Source: Acidimicrobiaceae bacterium
GTDB taxonomy: Bacteria; Actinomycetota; Acidimicrobiia; Acidimicrobiales; Aldehydirespiratoraceae
Direction: 5' to 3'
NCBI GenBank assembly: GCA_009843735.1
Contig: VYCW01000051.1
Coordinates: forward strand, 7,964-71,963
DNA length: 64,000 nucleotides
The notes below the pieces were generated by a model. That model searched no databases. It had not been told where the DNA came from and saw only the letters and a list, made by a program, of their open reading frames with translations. How positions within the stretch are numbered: the stretch's first letter is position 1; every line of letters starts with the position of its first letter. A program made the translations under genes and the position numbers. Below, one piece after another: positions 56,225 to 64,000 of the stretch.

Positions 56225-56558
56225 CGAGGTGTACGAGACGGCCGTAGCCCCGGTGGGCTCCACGGCCTGGATGGAGCAGGGGCGCTGTGTGGGCGAGAGC
56301 GACCTGTTCTTCGCTCCGTTCGCCGAGCGGCCCGAGGCCCGGGTCCGCCGCGAGGCTCGGGCCCGGTCGATCTGCGAGCAGTGCATGGTGCTGGCGGCGT
56401 GCCGGGACTATGCCCGAAGGAACCGCGAGCTCGGCTTCTGGGGAGGCGAGAGCGAGTCGGAGCGGGCCGAAGCCGGATTCGCTCCCACCACGCCGATCGT
56501 TGGCCGCAAGCGTGTCGCGGAGGAGCGCGCCCTCGACGCCATGCGCCGAGTCCGCTGA
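56220..56558 (+). CDS. WhiB-family Fe-S transcription factor
   Basis: The Cys pattern is C-x28-C-x2-C-x5-C (GRCVGESDLFF...SICEQCMVLAACRDYA), followed by GFWGG. The start is ambiguous between ATG 56220, ATG 56202 (in the repeat) and the track's 56118. Confidence 0.85.
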   Translation: MLEVYETAVAPVGSTAWMEQGRCVGESDLFFAPFAERPEARVRREARARSICEQCMVLAACRDYARRNRELGFWGGESESERAEAGFAPTTPIVGRKRVAEERALDAMRRVR

Positions 56559-56563
56559 CAGCG

Positions 56564-56616
56564 CCGACCCCTCTCACAAGTCGAACGACCGCTGGCGCGG
56601 GGTCGTCGCTGTGTTT
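56564..56616 (+). terminator. Weak candidate terminator after the whiB-like gene
   Basis: CGACCCC (56564-70) pairs with GGGGTCG (56598-604) across a large loop, and is followed by TGTGTTTTA. This is low confidence. Confidence 0.2.
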
Positions 56617-56689
56617 TACGTTCTCTGCTGCCCTTGCTACCGTCCGAGCCGGCGGTGCCAGGGAGGTGCCCGCGACCAAGGAAGTCTGA

Positions 56690-58954
56690 ATGGGCCACAC
56701 GCTTCGGCGCGCCGCCATGTCATGCCTGCTGCTGCGGAGGCGTGCCGCGGCACGGATCGCGGCCGCCCCGGTCGCGTTGGCGATCCTCGCGGCATTGCTG
56801 GCGCCGGGAGCGGCCGCCCAGACCGCCGGGATCTCGATTCCCGACGCGGGCCTTCGCAGCGCCATCGAGAGCGCCCTCGGTAGGCAGCCCGGCGATGCGA
56901 TCACCGAGGGCGACATGGCGCTGGTCGGCGTCCTGGACGCCGGCTACGCGGGAATCACGAACCTCGATGGCCTGCAGCACGCGGTCAACCTGCGTGCCCT
57001 GTACCTGCAGGGCAACAGCATCTCGGATGCCTCGAGCCTCGCGGGTCTGGCTCGCATGCAGGTGCTCCTCCTTCACGGCAACGACATCGCCGACATCGAT
57101 CTGACCGCCATGACCGATCTGAGGTTCGTCGACCTCAGCTACAACGACCTGACGACCATCGATCTCTCCGGTCAGAGAACCACGGTCGGGGAGAACGCTC
57201 GAAGCAGCATGCTGTACGCGCTGTGGCTCAACAACAATCGCCTGACGTCGGTCGACGTCTCGGGCCTGACTGCGCTGAGGGACCGGCCCGACGGCACGTC
57301 CCACCCCAACTATGTGAGCCTGCGGCTTGACCGCAACCAGCTGACGAGCGTCACCGGGCTCGCCGACCTCCCGCGCCAGGTCTGGAGCCTGAGACTCGAG
57401 CACAACCAGCTGACCTCTGTCGATCTACGGGGCGCGGAGCACGTCCACTACCTGTACCTCAACGACAACCCGATCTCGAACGCGTCCCAGCTCGATGGCT
57501 TCACGTCCCTGACCGACCTGCGGAGGCTTCACTTCTACGGCACCGACATCTCGGCCATCGACCTGTCCCGGTTCTCCCGGCTGGAGCGGGCCTTCCTCAA
57601 CGACAACCGGCTGGCCTCGGTCGATGTGACCGGACTGGACAGCATCCAGCGGCTGTGGCTGAGAGGGAACCGCATCACCGAGGTCACCGGGTTGCGGGAC
57701 ATCGGCGACACCCTCATCTCGCTCAACCTGAGAACCAACCGCCTGTCGTCGATCGACTTGTCGGGGCTGTCCGGCCTCCGCCAGCTCTACCTGAGCGACA
57801 ACCAGCTCACCTCGGTGGACTTGAGTCCCGTGACCGATTTGGGCGTCCTGTGGCTCGACAACGGCTCGACTTCTGCTGGGAGCACGCCCGACCCCGCCTA
57901 CCGGAACCAGATCACGACGCTCGCCCACCTGCCCCGCTTCCTCACCGATCTCAGGCTGAGCGGCAATCCCCTAGACGCGCCGGTCTCGGTGTCGTCCAGG
58001 ACGGGCCTCCGGAAGCTGCATGTCAGCGGCACCCAGATCACCGGCCTGTCCGAGGTGGCCGGTCTCACCGGCCTGACCGAGCTGGGGCTGACCAGCATGG
58101 GCCTGAACGGTTCGGACCTGTCGGAGCTGTCCGGGCTGGGGGCGCTGGAGAAGCTCGACCTGAGGGACAACACGATCACGGACCTGTCGGCTCTGGCCCC
58201 CTTGGTCCGCTTGACCGAGATCCGGCTCGACGGCAACTTCGTCGGCGACGTCTCGCCGCTGGCGAGCATGGGCGGTCTCCGGGATCTGTACGTGGCCGGC
58301 AACCTCATCAGGGACTTCGCGCCGCTGCGCGACCTGATCGTGGCGGGGTTGACGATCCACGGTGGCGACCGGCAGCGGGGAGACTCGCCCGACAGCTTCT
58401 TCTGGGATCTGGACGCCGCGGGCTCGATCCACGGTTGGAACCTGAGCCGGCTGGCCGCGGACGGGGTGCTGGACAACACCGAGTGCGGGCTCGACCTCAT
58501 CTGCCCCAGACTGGCAATCGAGCGCTGGGTCTTAGCCATCTGGCTCGTGCGGGTGCTCGACGGCCGCGATCCCGAGCCGCTCGGCTTCAACCGGTTCGAG
58601 GATGTGCATCCGGGCCTGCAGTGGGCCGCGCACGTCGAGCGTCTCGCCGAACTGGGCGTAGCGTCCGGCTGTTCGGTCGAGCCGGCCCGGTTCTGCCCCC
58701 AGGCGCCGGTGACGAGGGCAGAGATGGCAACCCTGCTCGCTCGGGCCTTCAACCTGGAGTCGGACACGCCCGCCGGGTTCGTCGACGTCGACCCGCAGAG
58801 CGCGCACGCGGCCAGCATCGACGCCATCGCGGCGGCCGGCATCGCCGGGGGCTGCGGAGCCGGACCCGATCGGTACTGCCCCGACGACTTCGTGACGCGG
58901 GGCCAAGCGGCCACCTTCATCGCCACCGCTAGAGACCACGCCAGCGGCAGTTAA
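56690..58954 (+). CDS. Secreted leucine-rich-repeat (internalin-like) protein with three C-terminal SLH-like cell-wall anchoring repeats
   Basis: The signal peptide is ...LAILAALLAPGAAAQ. About 20 LRRs of roughly 22 aa follow (LRALYLQGNSISDASSLAGL, LRFVDLSYNDLTTIDLSG, LRQLYLSDNQLTSVDLSP ...). The C-terminus has 3 repeats of the GC-x5/6-(F/Y/I)CP-x3-VTR-x-(E/Q)-xA type. Confidence 0.8.
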   Translation: MGHTLRRAAMSCLLLRRRAAARIAAAPVALAILAALLAPGAAAQTAGISIPDAGLRSAIESALGRQPGDAITEGDMALVGVLDAGYAGITNLDGLQHAVNLRALYLQGNSISDASSLAGLARMQVLLLHGNDIADIDLTAMTDLRFVDLSYNDLTTIDLSGQRTTVGENARSSMLYALWLNNNRLTSVDVSGLTALRDRPDGTSHPNYVSLRLDRNQLTSVTGLADLPRQVWSLRLEHNQLTSVDLRGAEHVHYLYLNDNPISNASQLDGFTSLTDLRRLHFYGTDISAIDLSRFSRLERAFLNDNRLASVDVTGLDSIQRLWLRGNRITEVTGLRDIGDTLISLNLRTNRLSSIDLSGLSGLRQLYLSDNQLTSVDLSPVTDLGVLWLDNGSTSAGSTPDPAYRNQITTLAHLPRFLTDLRLSGNPLDAPVSVSSRTGLRKLHVSGTQITGLSEVAGLTGLTELGLTSMGLNGSDLSELSGLGALEKLDLRDNTITDLSALAPLVRLTEIRLDGNFVGDVSPLASMGGLRDLYVAGNLIRDFAPLRDLIVAGLTIHGGDRQRGDSPDSFFWDLDAAGSIHGWNLSRLAADGVLDNTECGLDLICPRLAIERWVLAIWLVRVLDGRDPEPLGFNRFEDVHPGLQWAAHVERLAELGVASGCSVEPARFCPQAPVTRAEMATLLARAFNLESDTPAGFVDVDPQSAHAASIDAIAAAGIAGGCGAGPDRYCPDDFVTRGQAATFIATARDHASGS

Positions 58955-58971
58955 GGCTCTGCGCGGTTTGC

Positions 58972-60108
58972 CTAAACCGGGTCCTGGCCCTCAGCGGTGA
59001 CGGTGATCACCAGGCTGCCGACGTGACGCTTGGCCGCGAAGGCCTCCTGGGCGGCGCGGATCTCCTCCAGGGGATAGGTGCCGCCCACCACCGGCCGGAC
59101 CTCGCCCCGCTCGATGTAGCCGACCAGATCGGCGAATACCTGAGGCTCGTAGACAGTGGCGCCGTGGAGCTGCAGGTCATTCAGGTAGAGCGTGCGCAGG
59201 TCCAGCTCCACGATCGGGCCAGCGATGGCCCCCGACGTCACGTAGCAGCCGCCCCGGTTCAGCCCTTCGAGCCAGCCGCCGAAGCTGTCCCCGCCGACGA
59301 TGTCGGCGACCACGTCGAAGCAGCCCCCGTTGGCCTCCACCGCGGCCGTAACCACGTCGGCTGACTCCCGGGCCACCACCGCGTCGGCACCGAGATTGCG
59401 GACCGCGGCCAGCTTGGACTCCCCGGCCACGGCGACCACCCGGGCCCCGTGGTGCTTGGCGAGCTGCACCAGCGCGCTGCCCACACCGCCCGACGCGCCC
59501 GGGACCGCGATCGTCGCGCCCGGGCCGAGCCCGGACCGCTGGAGCATGTGCTCCGCGGTCGACCACGAGCAGGCGAAGCTGGCCAGTTCGATGTCCGACA
59601 GCCCGACCGAGACCGGGTAGACGTTCTCGCCGGGGACGGTGCAGTACTCCGCGTAGCCGCCGTCGCGCTCGCTGCCCAGATAGCCGGCGAGCTCGCGGTC
59701 GTCGGGGCGGTCCCGGTCCCGCAGCCACGGGTCGACCAGCACCCGGCGTCCCACCAGCCCGGCGTCGGCGCCCTCACCCGCCGCGACCACCACGCCCGCG
59801 ATGTCGGCGCCCTGGATCCGGGGGAACGACAGGCCGCTGCGGCCCCAGCCCGAGTCGTCGGGGTCGGCCTCGTCGAACCCCTCCGAGTCCGTGGCCGAGG
59901 TGACGGCCCGGCTGTACCAGCCGACCCGGGTGTTGATGTCGGTGTTGTTCATCCCGCACGCGGCCACCTGCACCAGCACGTCGCCCGGGCCGGGCCTGGG
60001 CACACCCACGTCGTCGCGAACCTCCAGCATCTCCGGCCCGCCGGTTCCCAGCAGCACCGCGGCCCGCATCACTGCGGGCAGCTCAGGGTCGGGCACGGTC
60101 GGTGTCAT
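58972..60108 (-). CDS. Medium-chain dehydrogenase/reductase (zinc-ADH / quinone-oxidoreductase family)
   Basis: It has MRAAVLLGTGGPEMLEV, VQVAACGMNNTD and the Rossmann motif AVPGASGGVGSALVQLAK. Confidence 0.8.
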   Translation of the reverse strand: MTPTVPDPELPAVMRAAVLLGTGGPEMLEVRDDVGVPRPGPGDVLVQVAACGMNNTDINTRVGWYSRAVTSATDSEGFDEADPDDSGWGRSGLSFPRIQGADIAGVVVAAGEGADAGLVGRRVLVDPWLRDRDRPDDRELAGYLGSERDGGYAEYCTVPGENVYPVSVGLSDIELASFACSWSTAEHMLQRSGLGPGATIAVPGASGGVGSALVQLAKHHGARVVAVAGESKLAAVRNLGADAVVARESADVVTAAVEANGGCFDVVADIVGGDSFGGWLEGLNRGGCYVTSGAIAGPIVELDLRTLYLNDLQLHGATVYEPQVFADLVGYIERGEVRPVVGGTYPLEEIRAAQEAFAAKRHVGSLVITVTAEGQDPV

Positions 60109-60114
60109 CGGCGT

Positions 60115-60882
60115 TCATCCAGTGAGTCGGTGGCGGTGCATGGCCTGGTAGTGGGGCAGGCAGGCCTCGTAGGCGTCGAGGAGGAGTTGGTTGTGGTCGA
60201 TCGGGACATAGTCGCGCTTCTGGTGTGACAGCGTCGTGGACTGGGCGAGGTTGGCATGCCAGGTGCCGCTCTCGTACCAGGTGTGATCGGAGGCCTTGCT
60301 GGTGCCCCACTCGAGGGCGTGGGGCTTGAAGTCAATGCCCACCGCCTCGCACCAGGCGGCGGTCACTAGGTGGGGGTCGTCGAGCAGGTCGCCGGCGTCG
60401 ATGACTGGGGGAGGGGTTCCGGAGCGCTGCGTCACCAGGTCGAATAGCGCCCGCTGCTCGGCGAAGCCGGTCTCCGACAGGGTGAAGTCGGTCCACTGCC
60501 CGTACATCGAGGTCAGCGTCTTGGCCGGGTCGCGGATCAGGAAGGAGTGGTTGAACGCGTCGAGGAACGGAACGGCCGCGCCGTCAGGTCCCGCGGCGGG
60601 CGCGACCCAGCCGTGCATGTGGGCGACGTAGTGGGGGAAGTCCTTCATGAACACCGGTCCCCGCTCCGCTGCCGACACCAGGTCCTGCCACACCGCCTCG
60701 TAGCTGAGCCCGGGCCGGTGCTGGATGTGGCTCTCCGGCGGGCGGGTGTCGTTGCCGATCGAGTACCACACCTCCCCGAAAGGCTCGTGAACGCACTCAT
60801 GGTCGCCCCGCTGGCTCATCATCCGCTCGAAGGCAGTCGAAGTCGATCGGGGCACCGCCCACAGCACGAGGACCGGGATCAT
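60115..60882 (-). CDS. Sulfotransferase-fold-like protein (tentative)
   Basis: 255 aa. The N-terminal LWAVPRSTSTAFERMM resembles the PAPS-binding 5'-PSB loop (PRSGST-like) of sulfotransferase-family proteins. The rest is unassigned. Confidence 0.45.
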   Translation of the reverse strand: MIPVLVLWAVPRSTSTAFERMMSQRGDHECVHEPFGEVWYSIGNDTRPPESHIQHRPGLSYEAVWQDLVSAAERGPVFMKDFPHYVAHMHGWVAPAAGPDGAAVPFLDAFNHSFLIRDPAKTLTSMYGQWTDFTLSETGFAEQRALFDLVTQRSGTPPPVIDAGDLLDDPHLVTAAWCEAVGIDFKPHALEWGTSKASDHTWYESGTWHANLAQSTTLSHQKRDYVPIDHNQLLLDAYEACLPHYQAMHRHRLTG

Positions 60883-60900
60883 GCTCGCACCTCCGGCTAG

Positions 60901-63405
60901 CTAGGCACGCAGGCGCGTGTTCGTCGGGTCGTGCACGGCCTCGCCCAGCACCCGGGCCGGGCACAGTTCCCCGACGACCCGTACCTGCAGTTCGGTGCCG
61001 GGCTCGGCGTGCTCGGGGGCCAGGTAGGCGAAAGCCAGGCTCTGGCGGCAGTGGAACCCGTAGGCGCCCGAGGTCACCAGGCCCACCGCCTGCCCGCCGG
61101 CGTAGACGCCGTCGGCGGCGTGCACGTCGGCGTGGTCGGCCTCGACGGCCAGGTAGGCGAGGCGCCAGCGGTAGGGCTCCTCCCCCGAGGCGGCTAGGGC
61201 CCGGCGGGCCAGCAGCGCATCCCGGCCGACGAAGCCGCCCTTGCCGGTCTTCACGAAGCGGTACAGCCCGGCCTCGTCGGGATTGACGTCGTGGGTGAGC
61301 TCACGGCTGGTGCAGTAGCGCTTCTCCATGCGCAGCGAGTCGAGGGCATGGTTCCCGGCGTCGGCCACCCCCAGGGGCTCGCCCGCCTCCCACAGGGCGT
61401 CGTAGACGGTGGCGAGGTCCTCGACGGGCAGGTGCAACTCCCAGCCCAGCTCACCGGTGAACCCGACCCTCAAGGCCCGCACGTCCGGCACGCCAGCCAC
61501 AGTAATGACCCTGCCCCGCAGCCACCCGAAGGCCTCGTTGCCCAACTCCGCGCCGGTCACGCGGGACAGCAGGCGCCGGGCCTCGGGCCCGGTCACGTTG
61601 AGAACCCCCAACTCCATCGACCGGCTCACTAGTTCGGCGTCGGCGCCGTCGGGCCAGTGCGTCTCGAAGAACTCCCGGTCCTTGCCCTCGCCGGCCGCGG
61701 CCGACACCAGGTAGAGGTGGTCGGCGGCCAGGCGGGTGACGGTCAGCTCGCTCTCGATCCGGCCCTGCGGCGTCAGCAGGTAGGTGAGGCCGATGCGCCC
61801 GAGGCTGGGAACGGTGTTGGTGGTGAGGTGGTCGAGCACCGCGGCCGCGTCGGGGCCGACCAGGTCGAACTTGGCGAAGGCGGTGGCGTCGAGGATCCCG
61901 ACCCGCTCGCGCACGGCCCGGCACTCCTCGGCCACGGTGTCGAACCAGCCGGTGTGGCGGAACGAGACCATGTCCTCCGGCGGCAGCCCGGCTGCGGCCG
62001 GGAACCATTTGGGCCGCTCCCAGCCGTAGATCTGGGTGAACACCGCTCCCTTGCCGTGCAGCCGCTCGTACAGGGAAGTGGTGCGGTAGGGACGCCCGGC
62101 CGGCCGTTCCAGGCCGGGCAGCGGCGTCTGGTGGCGGTACTGGTGGTCCTCGGTTCCCTTCGTCCGGCCGTAGGACATGGCATCGGCACGGTCGATGTAT
62201 CCCAGCCGGCGGGCGTCGTAGGCCCGCACGCTGACGCCGGTGGTGCCGTGCACCATCCAGCGGGCCAGTTCCCGGCCCAGTCCCGGCCCGTCGGCGATCC
62301 CCACCTGCACGCCGGCCATCTGCCAGAAGTTGGGCACTCCCGACGGGCCCAGCAGGGGCTCGCCGTCGGGCGGGTAGGAGATCGCGCCGCAGATCACCTG
62401 CTTGATCCCCAGCGGCTCGAGCACCGGCATCCGCTCGAAGGCCCGGGCCAGCCACGGGCCGACCCGGTCGAAATCGGCGTCGAACAGCGGGTTCTCCAGC
62501 GACCAGTCCGGTCCGTCCCCGTCGTGCCACACGGCCTCGGCGCCGGTCTGCTCGTAGATGCCGATCAGGCCCGACTGTTGCTCCTGGCGCAGGTATCCCG
62601 ACACGTAGTCGTCGCGCACCACCGGCAGTTCCCGGTCGAGGTCGGCGAACTCGGGCACCGGCTCGGTCAGCAGGTAGGTGTGAAGCACGTTGGCGATGGG
62701 CACGTCGAGCCCCACCATGCGGGCCACCCGGTGGGCGTAGCAGCCGGCCGCGTTGACCACCTGCTCGGCGTGCACGGTGCCCCGCTCGGTGTCCACGTCG
62801 AAGCCGCCGCCGCGCCGCCGCCGGATTCCCAGCACCCGGTTGCGGCGACTCACCGCCGCGCCCAGGTTGCGGGCGGCCCGCACCATGGCGTTGGCCGCCC
62901 CGGCGGGGTCGACATGGCCGTCATCGGGGGTGTGGACCGCGCCGAGCATGCCGTCGGTCGCGTAGAAGGGGTGCAGCTCTGAGATCCGTGCCGGGTCGAC
63001 CCACTCCATGGCGTTGCCCACATACTCGGCCGGTCCGAGCTGGGCCCGCAGCCAGTCCACCTCCTCGGCGTTGTAGGCCACCCGGAGGCTGCCGCTGCGG
63101 TGCCAGGAGGTGGCCACCCCGCTCTCGGTCTCCAGCGAGGCGTACAGCTCGCAGGCGTAGCGGCGGAACTCGGCCAGCGCGTAGCTCGACACCGAGTGGG
63201 TGACCTGCCCGGCCGCGTGCCAGGTCGAGCCCGAGGTCAACTCGGCCTTCTCGATCAGCAGGGCGTCCGTCCAACCCTCGTGGGCGAGGTGATACAGCGC
63301 GCTGGCGCCGCAGATCCCGCCGCCGATGATCACCACCCGGGCCGAGCCTGGCAGCTCGGGACCGGCAACACGGATCCCACCGGGCTCAACGGAACCTTCA
63401 GCCAC
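60901..63405 (-). CDS. Dimethylglycine/sarcosine dehydrogenase-like FAD oxidoreductase fused to a GcvT aminomethyltransferase domain
   Basis: 834 aa. The FAD dinucleotide fold is VVIIGGGICGASALYHLA, STWHAAG gives the covalent-FAD His context, and the C-terminal folate-binding GcvT-like half has GFTGELGWELH. The start is a GTG at 63405. Confidence 0.85.
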   Translation of the reverse strand: MAEGSVEPGGIRVAGPELPGSARVVIIGGGICGASALYHLAHEGWTDALLIEKAELTSGSTWHAAGQVTHSVSSYALAEFRRYACELYASLETESGVATSWHRSGSLRVAYNAEEVDWLRAQLGPAEYVGNAMEWVDPARISELHPFYATDGMLGAVHTPDDGHVDPAGAANAMVRAARNLGAAVSRRNRVLGIRRRRGGGFDVDTERGTVHAEQVVNAAGCYAHRVARMVGLDVPIANVLHTYLLTEPVPEFADLDRELPVVRDDYVSGYLRQEQQSGLIGIYEQTGAEAVWHDGDGPDWSLENPLFDADFDRVGPWLARAFERMPVLEPLGIKQVICGAISYPPDGEPLLGPSGVPNFWQMAGVQVGIADGPGLGRELARWMVHGTTGVSVRAYDARRLGYIDRADAMSYGRTKGTEDHQYRHQTPLPGLERPAGRPYRTTSLYERLHGKGAVFTQIYGWERPKWFPAAAGLPPEDMVSFRHTGWFDTVAEECRAVRERVGILDATAFAKFDLVGPDAAAVLDHLTTNTVPSLGRIGLTYLLTPQGRIESELTVTRLAADHLYLVSAAAGEGKDREFFETHWPDGADAELVSRSMELGVLNVTGPEARRLLSRVTGAELGNEAFGWLRGRVITVAGVPDVRALRVGFTGELGWELHLPVEDLATVYDALWEAGEPLGVADAGNHALDSLRMEKRYCTSRELTHDVNPDEAGLYRFVKTGKGGFVGRDALLARRALAASGEEPYRWRLAYLAVEADHADVHAADGVYAGGQAVGLVTSGAYGFHCRQSLAFAYLAPEHAEPGTELQVRVVGELCPARVLGEAVHDPTNTRLRA

Positions 63406-63534
63406 CTTGCCCCTCTCTCAACAAATCCGCCTCGGCGGGCGCCGGTGCGCGACGTTATCGCCGCGGATGGGGCACAATACGGCACCAACGCAAGCCGATT
63501 CGTCGACGGCAAGGACAGGACACAGGAGGTCGAG

Positions 63535-64000
63535 GTGCGCCTTTCGCATCCCGGTCTGGCCGACCCGGAGTTCTATGTGCCCGGCCTGCCCGCCGATTAC
63601 GTGACGGCCCGCTACGGCGTGAGCGGTACCGACATCGCCAAGCTCGGCTCGGCCGAGAATCCTCTGGGCGCCTCGCCGCTGGCGGTGCAGGCCATCCGCG
63701 ACCGGCTGGGCGACCTTCACCTGTACCCGTCGTGGACGGCGGAGCCGCTGCGGGAGAAGATCGCGCTCCTCTACGGCTTCGAGCCCGAACGGGTGATGTG
63801 TGGGGCGGGCGAGACCGAGATCATCTCGTGGCTCATCCGGGCGTTCTGCGAGCCGGGAGGGCGCATCCAGATGCCGGGCCCGTGCTTCCCCATCTACCAC
63901 CTGTTCGCCGAGGCCGAGGACCGCGTCCCGGTCCTGGTGCACTCCGCCACCGACCGGGACACCATGGCCGTGGACGGGGACGCCTATATCGGCGCCATTG
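63535..64000 (+). CDS. Class I/II aminotransferase, HisC-like (5' part; runs off the window end)
   Basis: Absent from the ORF track because there is no stop in the window. GTG 63535 is preceded by the CAGGAGG RBS. The translation VRLSHPGLADPEFYVPGLP...KLGSAENPLGASPLAV...LYPSWTAEPLREKIA matches the histidinol-phosphate aminotransferase-like N-terminus. Confidence 0.7.
   Translation, partial: MRLSHPGLADPEFYVPGLPADYVTARYGVSGTDIAKLGSAENPLGASPLAVQAIRDRLGDLHLYPSWTAEPLREKIALLYGFEPERVMCGAGETEIISWLIRAFCEPGGRIQMPGPCFPIYHLFAEAEDRVPVLVHSATDRDTMAVDGDAYIGAI

Noticed and set aside
56118-56883. WhiB7 identity for the WhiB-family gene, and alternative-frame ORFs 56192..56689 and 56287..56883.
   Set aside because: The protein has the WhiB Cys4 and GFWGG motifs but no canonical C-terminal RGRP AT-hook, so I assign only the family. 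The overlapping ORFs are Arg/Pro/Gly-rich out-of-frame artefacts.

Overview
The window is a densely coding, high-GC (about 68-70% by eye) chromosomal segment of actinobacterial type. Supporting markers are a WhiB-family gene, gatCAB, luciferase-like (LLM) oxidoreductases and an Asp-type MurA. I support about 58 protein-coding genes and found no rRNA, tRNA, CRISPR array, transposase or integrase. All coordinates were counted by hand, and GTG or internal starts are my re-calls of the ORF track.

The backbone is two synteny blocks known from Mycobacterium and Streptomyces. Block 1 is prfA-prmC-tsaC-rpiB-glyA-wecA ... murA. Block 2 is iscS-mnmA ... ligA ... gatCAB ... ilvBNC-dps.

Accessory material sits in the gaps and on the right side:
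- A translationally coupled 9-gene minus-strand operon (16359-25357) combines a Liv-type ABC importer with metallo-beta-lactamase (MBL), GNAT, Rieske-like and LLM enzymes, next to a divergent TetR gene.
- An SPPY amino-methyltransferase with an unexplained C-terminal domain sits beside an unannotatable 354-aa neighbour. This pair is a candidate restriction-modification or defence module.
- A PASTA-domain Ser/Thr pseudokinase lies between that pair and gatC.
- The lower protocatechuate-4,5-cleavage/gallate pathway (ligI/U/J/K-like) is present without ring-cleavage genes.
- An operon carries a dimethylglycine-dehydrogenase-like gene.
- A WhiB gene lies behind a strikingly AT-rich region with a tandem duplication, followed by a leucine-rich-repeat (LRR) + S-layer-homology (SLH) surface protein.

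The strongest single observation is a Bcp-type peroxiredoxin (50541-51011) with an in-frame TGA exactly at the peroxidatic-Cys position, which makes it a candidate selenoprotein. Other sequence-level observations:
- a 12-codon Val-rich ilvB leader peptide followed by a terminator hairpin;
- a 26-bp tandem repeat upstream of ilvC;
- a Rieske-type oxygenase with degenerate cluster ligands;
- absence of the atp operon from its usual wecA-murA slot.

No claim here rests on a database search. The decisive computations are named for each finding.
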